Shown one piece after another: positions 32,211 to 64,000 of a DNA stretch of 64,000 bases; position 1 is the first letter of the stretch, and every line of letters starts with the position of its first letter. A program made the translations under genes and the position numbers. The notes under the pieces are model-generated. The model ran no database searches. It saw only the letters and a list, made by a program, of their open reading frames with translations, and was not told the DNA's origin. The stretch comes from the human T2T-CHM13v2.0 reference genome, Homo sapiens: the NCBI RefSeq assembly GCF_009914755.1, contig NC_060930.1, one strand, 5' to 3'.

Positions 32211-33708
32211 TTACCAGCTGCTTAGTGAATGTTTAATAGTGAATTAAAACTTCCCTCTCTCCACACCCGTTCCCCATGAGTCCCTGACTTGGGAGGGGCA
32301 GGTGAGAGAACTAATAAAACATTCTAGAGCTTTCTCCCCTCTCTCCCAAACTCTGACCAGCTTCTCAAATGTCTAGGTTCACAATGTTCTGCCATGCTCT
32401 GTCAGGATGCTCTCTGAGATAAATTAAATGATGAAGCCCTGGCCGTGATGCAAATTGCAATCAGACAGGAAGGTTTGAGGGTCAGAAGAAAGGGAGAGGG
32501 ACCTGGCTAGCTTTGTTCCTTGCCCAAGGTTACCAAATGCTTGCCTTGGCAGTGAGAATGCGTAACCACAATGTTTTCTAATGATTTTCGGTTTTTCTCT
32601 TTCTATAGTCACAGCAGAGAAAACATGAAGGTGACAGCCAGTGGTTTCAGAAAGGCAAGAAGCTCTTCCTCTGCATTCACCTTTCTTTTCCCTTTTCACT
32701 GAAAGCGAAGATCAACATACGGGTAAGCCCCTCTCGTACATTCAAGGAAGAACACAAGTCAGGACTCAGAGCTACTGAATTTCCACTCCCACTCCCACGC
32801 CAGACACACGCTGCGAAATACTGTCTGGTTTTTTATGATAAGGTAGCCTGTAGTTAGCCTGAAAATGCTTCCTCAGGAATGGCCTTCATCAGAGATCTCT
32901 TCATACTCAGTATGAGGACATGAGGAAGAATATGCTACGTGTGAAAATACACCTTGGCGTTCAACTCTGTGGGTTAAGAAGGGGTTCCTGTGATGGCAAG
33001 CTTTTAGGTTATTGAGCAGCAGATTGGATACTTCTGTTTTTCAACAACATAGGTTTCCATGTAATATGAAAAACAGCTGTTGCAAATTTCTAGAAGTGCT
33101 GAATCCAGTCTAATAAATGCCTAGCTGCACCTGCAAGAAAGTAAGGGAATGCTGAAGGGTCAAAAATGGAGGAAGAACTATGACCAGTCTGGGTTGCCCC
33201 TGGGGCTGCTGGAGGTAAGGTTGGGGAGGACAGTTGGCCAGGCTGGGAATCCAATATGGGAATATTAATTCACTTTAGAATTTATTAAATCAAGGAGCTT
33301 AGGCTTTCATGACCAGCAGGCACACAAGAAGGGGCTTGGGCCCCAGAAGAGTAGGGAGTTGGAACTGAGACCCTGGTGTAAGGATGAACTGAAAACCATT
33401 GCCTGCTTACACAGGGAGATGACAGGGAAGCTTGCTTGAGAAAAAGAAAAAAGCTCCCCTTAAAATTAATTTATAATAATTAATGTGCCCTCTCGTGGAT
33501 ATGATATTTAAATTTATATTACTAGAGTGGTCTAAGACATGTCCCACCAAGAAATTAATATAAAATGCTGTCACACACCAATAATATCCTTGGGAACCTG
33601 GCTGAAATAAAAATAAAACCTTTCTGGGAGGCCGTACATCCATCCTAGGCCTCCTAGCATACCCTCATATGAAGTCCCAACTAAAGATTAACTTATAATT
33701 AAAAACTA

Positions 33709-34089
<381 letters not shown>

Positions 34090-34492
34090 TTAAAATGAGA
34101 AGTCATAAAAGAAGTATAATAATAATAACATAACAGAATAAGACGTCAAAAAGATTAGACTGAGCTACATAGGAAATCAAATATAACTCAGAAATTTAAA
34201 AATTATCATTTAAAGCTTACTATGTTAAACCAAAGATTATATATTACCAAATAAATAACTAATGAATGGAAAGAAAGATCTGAGGAATCTTCAGAAGCCT
34301 GTGCAGAGAGATGAAGAGACAGAACATGCAGAGGAAGGGCTTACTGACAAGGAGTGTGGACTGTGAAGGACCAACCATATCTATTAGATGTTCAAGACAT
34401 GATAAATGAGGACTAATGAAAGTTATGAACCACAGCAGGTTAAGTAACATGAAATCCTCTACTGGACACAACACAGTATAACTAAAAGAAGA

Positions 34493-34838
<346 letters not shown>

Positions 34839-35394
34839 TCAAAGACAAAAGCATTGCCTACAAAGGAATGAGTTATCAGGTTGTCTGGAACTTTGCAACA
34901 GCAACAACAGAAGCCAGAAGACCAATGGAATAATATGTTCAAGTGCTGAGAAGGAATAACCGTCAACTTACAACTACACTATGATTCAAGGATATGGGCA
35001 AAATAAACACTTTCACACAAAAACAGAGAGCATTTTCCACTTGAAGACCTTTGCTAAAAGAATTAACAATATACTTCAGAAGGAATTGAACCAAGAAAGA
35101 AGCAGTGAGATGTACAATATGAGATAAATTTCAACAAATATCTAATATGTAAAAAAAGACTACTTGGGGAGTATAAAAACATAGTGGAACAAGGGTACTG
35201 GTCATAATAGTAGATGAGATGGGCAGAGTTCGGGCATTTGGGCATTTTAGGGCAAAGGGTGGCAATATTAATTAACTCTAGAATTTATTAAATCGAGTAT
35301 GCTTATGAAAAATTATAAAAAGTTAATCACATAAGAAGAGAAATAGTATGCATGACTTCCAAACCAGTAGAGAGAACACCACAGAATATATATT

Positions 35395-35705
<311 letters not shown>

Positions 35706-36028
35706 TAAAATATTTTTATTAATGGTCAATAAAAAGATGCAAGAAAGGAAGAGGCAGAGAAAAATCTGGTTAAGCATAAAGCGTAAAACAAAATGACCAA
35801 AATAAATCCTAATGTAGCAGAATTCACAAAGTAATAAAATTAAACCCTCAATTAGCAAGATAGATTGTCAGTCATACTGGATAGAAGAAAATCTAACAAT
35901 ATACTTTGAAAAGGACACAATAGAATGTAAGGAAAAAGAAATGTTGAATGTAAAAGTATTGAAAACGCCAGCAAGAAATTAACCCAGAGAAAAGAAGAGG
36001 CAGAGGATGGTAATATTAAGAGTAAACA

Positions 36029-36328
36029 GGCTGGGCGTGATGGTTCACGCCTGTAATCCCAGCACTTTGGGAGGCTGAGGTGGGCGGATCATGAGGTTAG
36101 GAGTTCGAGATCAGCCTACCAACATGGTGAAATCCCATCTCTACTAAAAATACAAGAATTAGCCAGGCATGGTGACGGGTGCCTGTAATTCCAGCTACTT
36201 GGGAGGCTGAGGCAGAGAATTGCTTAACCTGGGAGGTGGAGGTTGCAGTGAGCCGAGATCCCGCCACTGCACTCCAGCCTGGGCGACAGAGAGAGACTCC
36301 GTCTCAAAAAAAAAAAAAAAAAAAAAAA
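36029..36328 (+). mobile_element. Alu (S-like)
   Basis: Forward dimer with A tail. Confidence 0.92.
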
Positions 36329-37113
36329 GTCAAATAAATGAAGAGAAAAAGGAACAATTCATTGGAAAAACATAACTTCCAGACACTAAAACATAGCATC
36401 AAATTATACCAAGCCAAAAAAATGATAAAATTTCAGAGATAAACAGACAATTCTGTAGTCATGGGAGAGAATTTAACACATCTCTTTCAATAATTGATAG
36501 TTCATGATTACAGAAGGGATATAGAAGATCTGAGCAACACCATGAGCAAAATCAAAAAGATCTTTCTTTCCGAGTACATGCCACTCTTACCAAAAGATCA
36601 CATATGAGGCTACAAAGCAATCCTTGATATTGCAACAAAGAATCATACAGACTGTTCTTGAGCAACCTCAACTGTTAGACACCAGTAGCAAAATGAAAAG
36701 CAAGCCATATATTGGGAAATTTTTTTAAAAAAACCCTCTAAATAATTCATAATTCAACAAGTGACTTAATGGAGAGTCTAAGAACACATTGTTAACATTA
36801 ATAAGAAAGGAAATTTCTACTCACTGGCTATGGACACCTAGAAAAATAGAGTTTAAAAAATATATATGTGAAAGTAGCAACACAATGTGAAGGTATCCAG
36901 GAAGAAATCTATCAAAAGATGTGAAAAACCTATATATATATAATTTTAAAAATTCTTGAAGACCTAAATAAATGGAAAGATACACAATATGGGATGAATT
37001 TGTAGAACTGACTTCTAAAGATGTTGATTTTAGGAGATTTATAAATTGAATATATTCCTACTAAAATTCAAATCAAGTTTTTTGAGGTTCACAAATTGAT
37101 ATAATATGTATAA

Positions 37114-37470
<357 letters not shown>

Positions 37471-37959
37471 TGAAGACGAAGTTCAACATGTGAGGACTCA
37501 CTTCCACCACAGCAAGACTTAATTAAATTATAGTAATAAGAAAGTGTGATATTAGCACAAAGAGAGGCAGAATAGAGTCTAGAAACAGGCCCACTCATAT
37601 GTAGAAATTTGTATAAAGCACAGATGTCATTTTAAATCAGTAGGGAAAGAAGGACTTTTAGCAAGCAGCATTGGAAAAAATGGTTATCCATATGGAAAAA
37701 ATAAGTTAGATCACGACATCAAACCATATTTAAATGGATTAAAGACCAACATATGAAAAAGCATGACTTTAAAAGTTTTGGAAGGAAATGAAGGAGAATG
37801 TTTTTATGATCTCAGGTCAGGAAAAGATTTCTTAAACACAATACCAGAAGCACAAATCATAAACCAAAAGATCAGTAAATTTGACCACATGAAAATATTT
37901 TTTAAAAACTCTTTGGTAAATTAAAGATATCATAAACAAAATGGAAAATACAAATCTTA

Positions 37960-38370
<411 letters not shown>

Positions 38371-38513
38371 TTAACAATGCAGTGTAATTACTGAGCTAGA
38401 GTGTTGGAAGACTTTCAGCTCCCCTGCAACATTGTTTATAATCAGGAAAAACTGAAAAGAAGCATAAATGGCTAGGTATGAGATCTGGCAGAGGACACAT
38501 AGTGGGTCTCAAA

Positions 38514-38743
38514 AGACCATCCTGGCTAACACGGTGAAACCCCGTCTAAAAATACACACACAAAAAAATTAGTCGGGCGTGGTGGCGGGCTCCTGTAGTC
38601 CCAGCTACTCGGGAGGCTGAGGCAGGAGAATGGCGTGAACCCGGGAGGCGGAGCTTGCAGTAAGCTCAGATCACGGCCACTGCACTCCAGCCTGGGAGAC
38701 AGATCGAGACTCCGTCTCAAAAAAAAAAAAAAAAAAAAAAAAA
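38514..38743 (+). mobile_element. 5'-truncated AluY
   Basis: GACCATCCTGGCTAACACGG..GAATGGCGTGAACCCGGGAGGCGGAGCTTGCAG; TSD-like GGGTCTC(A/G)AAA. Confidence 0.92.
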
Positions 38744-40016
38744 AGAGGGTCTCGAAAATGTTAGTACTGTTTTATTTCTCAAGAATAAATTGTATACAGA
38801 TGTGTTCAATTCCATATTTTCTATACTTATTTTGTATGCTTAACATTTTCACAATTAAAAAATTAATTTGGTGAGGCTGCTGGAGAAAAGGTACTCACAC
38901 AAGCTGGCGGGACTGTCAATTGATATAACTACTTCCAAGAGCAGATTAGAACTGGTGGTATAGTGATGCCACTCTTTTTAACCTCTTGGATGGACAAAGA
39001 TAGAAAGGTTGGATAACAGTTTGTGTTGGCAAACAGGCACTCTCTTTGCAGATGGGAATATAGATTGAAGACACCTCCTTGCAGGTAATTTTTTGGCAAT
39101 ATTTGACAAAATTGGAAACTCCCCTTCACCTAGCACAATTTCCTTGAGGTATTTATTCTAAGAAAATAAGCAATTTTAGAGCAAAGATTTATCTACACTG
39201 AAGTTTCCCATAGCAATCACAGTATTGTTTCTAATATTAGTAATACAAAAAGAAACAACCTGTATGTCTAACACTAATCGATTCTAATTTATGGTGCAAC
39301 TGAACAATGGACCAAAATGATGCTGTTGGAAGTTTTTAATGATGTGGAACCGCTTGCAAATTATTAAGCTAAAAGAAAGTAGGTTACAAGATAGCAGGAA
39401 GAATAAACCATTAAAAATACCAATCTGTGCACTGACAAATGTTATAAATATTTTACGTTATGTTATGTTATAAACATTTTATAATATAAAAAAATGTTAA
39501 CTGAAGTTACTTCTTGGATGAATTACAGGTGATTTCATTGTCTTCTAGAATTTTCTTTTCCAAAAATGTTGTGTATGCGTGTAATTATTATTTTAATAGG
39601 AGACACTCTCCTTTGGTGATATAATTTAAACAGGACGGTACTGACTGATAACCTCCCGGGGAAGGCAGGGAGCCAAGTACTACAGACTTGTATGTTTCCA
39701 TGGAAATCTAACGCGCCTTTGATTATCACAGATTCTGGAGAAGAGTGAGGACTTGGGTTCACCAGTGCGTTCCCAAGGACAGGCTGGGCTTCTGAGGAAG
39801 TTGCCCACCCTCTCGGAATCTGGTTTGGCCTCCGTAAAATGGGCAGATCCCGCTCGGATGGCCCGGTTCCCGGCTTCCTTTTGCGGGTCAACGGCAGCGT
39901 CACGCGCGCGAGCGCGGTCTGCAAAGCCCCCAGCGCTGGGCGTCACGCGGGGATTGCTGTCGCCGCTGCCAGCCGCAGCAGCGACGCGAACTCGGGGCGC
40001 CCGGCCCGGGCGCGCG

Positions 40017-40202
40017 GGGGCGGGGACGCGCACGCGGCGAGGGCGGCGGGTGCGACGGGGGCGGGGACGGGGGCGAAGGGGGCGGGGACGGGGGCGCCCC
40101 GGCCTAAGCGGGACTAGGAGGGCGCGCCACCCGCTTCCGCTGCCCGCCGGGGAATCCCCCGGGCTGGCGCGCAGGGAAGTTCCCGAACGCGCGGGCATAA
40201 AA
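40017..40202 (+). promoter_or_regulatory. CD83 core promoter: Sp1 GC boxes, two NF-kB sites, TATA-like CATAAAA
   Basis: GGGGCGGGG at 40017, 40058, 40079; GGGGAATCCCC 40149-40159; GGGAAGTTCCC 40174-40184; CATAAAA 40196-40202, ~65 nt before ATG. NF-kB/Sp1 control of CD83 is established. Confidence 0.85.
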
Positions 40203-40264
40203 GGGCAGCCGGCGCCCGCGCGCCACAGCTCTGCAGCTCGTGGCAGCGGCGCAGCACTCCAGCC

Positions 40265-57696
<17,432 letters not shown>

Positions 57697-58315
57697 GCAG
57701 GATTTCTGCAGGTTCTTCTTCCTGAAGCTGAGGCTCAGGGGTGTGCCTGTCTGTTACACTGGAGGAGAGAAGAATGAGCCTACGCTGAAGATGGCATCCT
57801 GTGAAGTCCTTCACCTCACTGAAAACATCTGGAAGGGGATCCCACCCCATTTTCTGTGGGCAGGCCTCGAAAACCATCACATGACCACATAGCATGAGGC
57901 CACTGCTGCTTCTCCATGGCCACCTTTTCAGCGATGTATGCAGCTATCTGGTCAACCTCCTGGACATTTTTTCAGTCATATAAAAGCTATGGTGAGATGC
58001 AGCTGGAAAAGGGTCTTGGGAAATATGAATGCCCCCAGCTGGCCCGTGACAGACTCCTGAGGACAGCTGTCCTCTTCTGCATCTTGGGGACATCTCTTTG
58101 AATTTTCTGTGTTTTGCTGTACCAGCCCAGATGTTTTACGTCTGGGAGAAATTGACAGATCAAGCTGTGAGACAGTGGGAAATATTTAGCAAATAATTTC
58201 CTGGTGTGAAGGTCCTGCTATTACTAAGGAGTAATCTGTGTACAAAGAAATAACAAGTCGATGAACTATTCCCCAGCAGGGTCTTTTCATCTGGGAAAGA
58301 CATCCATAAAGAAGC

Positions 58316-58321
58316 AATAAA
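58316..58321 (+). terminator. Candidate proximal polyadenylation signal
   Basis: AATAAA followed by U/GU-rich sequence (ATTTATTTTTATATCTATATGTACTTGT). Confidence 0.45.
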
Positions 58322-58509
58322 GAAGAGTGCCACATTTATTTTTATATCTATATGTACTTGTCAAAGAAGGTTTGTGTTTTTCTGCTTTTGAAATCTGTAT
58401 CTGTAGTGAGATAGCATTGTGAACTGACAGGCAGCCTGGACATAGAGAGGGAGAAGAAGTCAGAGAGGGTGACAAGATAGAGAGCTATTTAATGGCCGGC
58501 TGGAAATGC

Positions 58510-58682
58510 TGGGCTGACGGTGCAGTCTGGGTGCTCGCCCACTTGTCCCACTATCTGGGTGCATGATCTTGAGCAAGTTCCTTCTGGTGTCTGCTTTCTC
58601 CATTGTAAACCACAAGGCTGTTGCATGGGCTAATGAAGATCATATACGTGAAAATTCTTTGAAAACATATAAAGCACTATAC
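58510..58682 (+). mobile_element. MIR embedded in CD83 3'UTR
   Basis: CATGATCTTGAGCAAGTTCCTT..CTGCTTTCTCCATTGTAAA..ATATACGTGAAAA..TATAAAGCACTATA. Confidence 0.6.
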
Positions 58683-59184
58683 AGATTCGAAACTCCATTG
58701 AGTCATTATCCTTGCTATGATGATGGTGTTTTGGGGATGAGAGGGTGCTATCCATTTCTCATGTTTTCCATTGTTTGAAACAAAGAAGGTTACCAAGAAG
58801 CCTTTCCTGTAGCCTTCTGTAGGAATTCTTTTGGGGAAGTGAGGAAGCCAGGTCCACGGTCTGTTCTTGAAGCAGTAGCCTAACACACTCCAAGATATGG
58901 ACACACGGGAGCCGCTGGCAGAAGGGACTTCACGAAGTGTTGCATGGATGTTTTAGCCATTGTTGGCTTTCCCTTATCAAACTTGGGCCCTTCCCTTCTT
59001 GGTTTCCAAAGGCATTTTATTGCTTGAGTTATATGTTCACTGTCCCCCTAATATTAGGGAGTAAAACGGATACCAAGTTGATTTAGTGTTTTTACCTCTG
59101 TCTTGGCTTTCATGTTATTAAACGTATGCATGTGAAGAAAGGGTGTTTTTCTGTTTTATATTCAACTCATAAGACTTTGGGATA

Positions 59185-59343
59185 GGAAAAATGAGTAATG
59201 GTTACTAGGCTTAATACCTGGGTGATTACATAATCTGTACAATGAACCCCCATGATGTAAGTTTACCTATGTAACAAACCTGCACTTATACCCATGAACT
59301 TAAAATGAAAGTTAAAAATAAAAAACATATACAAATAAAAAAA
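59185..59343 (+). mobile_element. L1PA/PB-type 3'-terminal fragment at the end of the CD83 3'UTR
   Basis: TACTAGGCTTAATACCTGGGTGAT..TAATCTGTACAA..AACCCCCATGA..AGTTTACCTATGTAACAAACCTGCAC..GAACTTAAAA is the recognisable L1 3' end. Confidence 0.85.
59317..59339 (+). terminator. Distal polyadenylation signals (2x AATAAA)
   Basis: AATAAA at 59317-59322 and 59334-59339 in the A-rich end of an L1 3' fragment. Confidence 0.7.
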
Positions 59344-59729
59344 TCCCGACTTTGGGATGAGTGCTAGGATGTTGTAAACCAGTTTGAGAATCAGAATCCA
59401 AAATGAGAGCTGAAAGATTGGCTGAGTCTTTCTCGGAGGGAGGGCATGCTGGCAGACAGAGCTTTGTAAACAGCATCCTCCTTCCCAGAGATGCTTCTGC
59501 TTCCATCCTGGGGCCACGTTGCTACCCAGTACATGAGCAGCTCATACTAACATGCACGGTCATGGGTGGGCGGGATGGAGGGAGGGTTTCTGCTTCAGAA
59601 AGATGTGTAACATCAGGGGCTTTGTGCCTGGATTCATGGGTTTCACTCAAGATTCTCAAATAGGTCCCTTCCCCCCAAAATGTTAAGAACGATGTGGTCT
59701 AAGTAGTTGTAATAGTTATAAAAGCATCA

Positions 59730-60021
59730 GGCCAGGCACGGTGACTCATGCCTGTAATCCCAGCACTTTGGGAGGCCGAGGCAGGCGGATAACGAGGTCA
59801 GGAGATCGAGACCATCCTGGCTGACACGGTGAAACCCCGTGTCTACTAAAAATACAAAAAATTAGCCGGGCGTGGTGGCGGGTGCCTGTAGTCCCAGCTA
59901 CTCAGGAGGCTGAGACAGGAGAATGGCATGAACCCTGGAGGCAGAGCTTGCAGTGAGCCGTGATTGTGCCACTGCACTGCAGCCTGGGCGACAGAGCAAG
60001 ACTCCGTCTCAAAAAAAAAAA
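59730..60021 (+). mobile_element. AluY
   Basis: GAGATCGAGACCATCCTGGCT; TSD AAAAGCATCA. Confidence 0.93.
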
Positions 60022-60159
60022 AGCATCATAAGTGGAAGTCTCTTTACAAAGATGAATACACATAAAATGTCTCTAAAAGCTGTGGAATCACTTTCAATGG
60101 AATCAAGTCTGTTCTCAAATGCTTTACCAAAAGTGCCAGGGCATGGTAATTGAGAGTTC

Positions 60160-60350
60160 ACAGAGCTCCTAGTCACCTGAGTGTGTAGCCCAGCTTCAAG
60201 ATTTGGAAGTTATATTTCCTTGGGCAGAGGACTTACCCCTCTAAGCCTTAGCTGGCCAATCTTTAAAATAAGAATAGTATCTGCCTAATAGGTTTATTGT
60301 GAGGATTAAATAAGATAATATATAGAAGCAGTAAGCCTAGTGTGTAGCAA
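60160..60350 (+). mobile_element. MIR
   Basis: CCTTGGGCAGAGGACTTACCCCTCTAAGCCTTAG..TTGTGAGGATTAAATAAGATAAT. Confidence 0.7.
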
Positions 60351-60675
60351 AAGGTAAGCCTTTGATTGATATTAGAACAAGAAAGGAGAAAAAGGTAGCA
60401 GAGAAAGTATCAGTAACCATAAATCTTTGACAAAGTGGTTTTGTTAAAAGGAATGAATTGGCTTGGTGAAGGAGTCATGCTGCTTTCAGAGGATTAATAC
60501 TCAGTGTACTAAAATTCTTCGTGGCCATTAGAATTACAGTACAGGACACACCAGGAAGAAGGGTTGCCCTTTGTCAGTTTGGACTGAATTAAGCTGGAAA
60601 CATGATGGAAATTTGAGAGCAGGCGGACTCAATGTTTCAGACCTAGTCTTTGGTGTAAGAAAAAGTTTGTGTGTG

Positions 60676-61063
<388 letters not shown>

Positions 61064-62683
61064 TCAACTGCCTCGATTGAGGCCTATGAAGATGTTTCAG
61101 AGGAAGGCAGATGATCATGGACCATATTTATTCTTCATCTCCATTGCCAGGGAAAGCTTTGTATTCAAGGCTGTCCCTTGTCTATGAAATTAGTTCTAGA
61201 GTTATAATAATTTTGCCTTGGGATGTCCCAGGGCACAAATACAGATGTGACTATCAGCTCCACATTCTTCCAAAAGAAAGCCTGTGGTTTTTTCGTATTT
61301 ATAATAATACTTAGGAGGTTTCCTCGTAGAAAATACTGAGCCACACTCATGGAATCCAGCAGAGCCCGATTATTTCCTGGGGTTGCAAGGGAAGAGATAA
61401 TAACAGCGACTTCTGGACGTAGAGACAGCAGAGCGAGGCCATGTGTTCAACCTAACAGCACAGTGAGAGTCGAGAGTCTTGGAATAACTCAGTCTGGTTC
61501 CCAGCTCTTTCCTCACTAGCAACTTTATTTGGTAGCATTAACTGGGTCATTGTTTAATACCTCATCTTTCCTACGTAAAAATAGCTGAAGACCTAAAAAT
61601 CTTAGGATACGAGCTATGTGCTTAATTCACCAGCTATTGTCCCCCATAATTTTGTAACTGATTGTCTGCAGAGGCAGATGGGACCAATTGGTTGGTTAAA
61701 TGCAGTCAGTCAGTTATTTGGTCATGGTCTACTATTGTTATTTATTGTCTTCTCAAGACTAGATGTGCATAGTTTTTAATTTTCACCTTTAAAGTACATT
61801 TAAAGTACGTACGAAATTAAGATTCTACCACCTGCCATTCTGTGGTGTATGTGTGTGTGTGTGCGTGCGTTGAATGGGTGAAATTAAACATAAGTTATGT
61901 TGGGCGAGTATGTACTCCAGATACAATACTGTTGCAGACACCGTGCAATACTTAACCTAGTGGGACACATTCTTTCAAGGAGCTTACAATCAACTGGAAG
62001 GAGAAGTGAGCTCAGAGCCATATACATGGTTGCTTGTTTTACTAAATATGAGAGCAATATATGAAATATGAAGATTACTGGGAACACAGAAAAATAACTG
62101 TGGCAATGTCCGGATTCTTCTGGGAGCACCTTAGGAGGCCTTGCAGAGCTGATTCTGTGTGAGCTTGGGCTTGATTTTGAATGGTAGCCATGGGAAGAGC
62201 AGTGAGAATGGTGAGGGCACAGTCTCTAAGGCAAGAAAGGAGAGAGCAGGCTGAAGATAGGGTCGTATGGGAGTTTAGGTGGGCATGGGGTGGCTTCCGC
62301 CCAGGTGGAGGAGGGAGGAGGCAGTAATGGAAGATGGATAAGTTATTGTAGAGTTTGTACAGTGGTAGTGTCAAAGGATTCTGAGTTGGGGAGCCACATT
62401 GTCAGATCCAATTTTAGGATAATAACCAGGAAAACAAAGTAAAGCATGAAAGAGCTGGAAGAGATGGGAGGCAGGAGGACCACGTAGGAGACTGAAGGGA
62501 AGCCTGAAGAAGCACCGCATCAACAGAAGAGAAGAGGAGGGCTGGACTCCAGCCGGCTCCTGCACGTGTCTTTTCAATTGCCAGCCTTGGGTTTTCTTAT
62601 GATCCTAGCTGCTGCTTATATGTTTTTGTTATTATTTTTTAAAAACTCAGCCATCTTTTCCTTTTAAAAAATAACAGAATGCA

Positions 62684-63033
<350 letters not shown>

Positions 63034-64000
63034 CTATCTCTCCCATCCTTATCTCTACCTAAAAGACAGAGCTCAATCGTTGGAGACCATGGAAAATGTT
63101 CTCCCTGTTTCACAGTCATCCCCGTAGCTAATAAAACACTACCGCTGCTGCAGCCATAGACTTCACGTGTTTCACGCTAGTTTTATCCTTCTTTCCTCCC
63201 ACTTCAGCCTCAACATTCCTCTCCCGGAAGAATAGTCCTGGTTTTTCCCTTATGTAATTTGCATTCCTGTCCCGGAAGAATATTCCTATTTTTCTCTTAT
63301 ATAATTTGATATTCTATTTAATCGGTGATTGGTTGACTTAGAAAACACGGTGTGCACCATCTGAGCTCTTCTGGTTTATTTCTTCCTGTGTTTATAACCC
63401 TCTAACTAACATTTGATCCTTTCATTGATTTTGTGCCTTTATACTTTTGTCCAACGGATTACATGTTATATAATTGCTCCTGAGCAATTTTTAAAAATAA
63501 AATCTTCCAGCAGTTGGCTGACTAACAAACACTGCTAACAAAGCATAATGATCAACCAAAAGATACCTTCAAGGGAATGTGATGGGTTGTGCCTGAGTGA
63601 TGTGGGACGGGTGTGAATACGTCTTAGGGAAAAGGAAAAGGAATATAACATTGTTTATTGCCCCCAGAGCTTGATAAATCACACACGAGCCCCACTCTGT
63701 CCTTCGGAGACAAGACATTTCACTTGCAGACATATCTTTCTTCTTTTCCACTTTTTTATTTCATTCTCCCTGTGGGATCCCAGGCAGCGCACAGTGAGGC
63801 AACAAAGGACTATCAGGAAAACATCATCTAGGTGGGGTGTATTTGTTTCCATGGTTCCTGAGAAGTTAGGGTGAAGGAAGGAGGCAAAATGTGAGCAGTG
63901 GAAGCAAATCTTCTATTCTTTTCTTCTTTCAATGCATAAACACGTACAGTATCCCTCTGGGCGAGGGAGACAGACCTCACTTAGTGGTTCATTTAGATTC

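Larger units (their letters stand above)
57697..59343 (+). other. CD83: CD83 3'UTR (long form)
   Basis: Follows stop; poly(A) hexamers AATAAA 58316, ATTAAA 59117, AATAAA 59317 and 59334; exact end inferred. Confidence 0.8.

Overview
Human (or near-identical great-ape) genomic DNA containing the complete CD83 gene on the + strand. Five coding exons (40265-40301, 40403-40518, 53980-54208, 56109-56215, 57568-57696) join through GT-AG introns into the 205-aa CD83 protein: signal peptide, one V-type Ig domain, TM helix and a tail ending TELV. The gene has a CpG-island promoter with GC boxes and two NF-kB sites, and a ~1.65-kb 3'UTR ending in an L1 3'-end fragment. The ~40 kb upstream and ~4.6 kb downstream are non-coding and rich in transposable elements: about 31 Alus in the window, MER41/LTR8/MER39/MER77-type and MaLR LTRs (several nested), old L1M and L2, MIR, MARNA and a Tigger remnant. 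No second protein-coding gene is supported; the other ORFs in the track are Alu, repeat or GC-content artefacts. I found no convincing new protein system. The most interesting signals are cis-regulatory and isoform-level: three STAT6-type sites in 104 bp of the promoter, an intact GAS in a MER41 LTR, a distal kB/octamer element, a (GGAA)13(GGGA)10 tract, an NMD-escaping soluble exon-4-skip frame, L1-donated poly(A) signals and a templated-insertion scar in intron 2. Repeat family names come from recalled consensus sequences, not a database search, and repeat boundaries are approximate unless TSDs are quoted.
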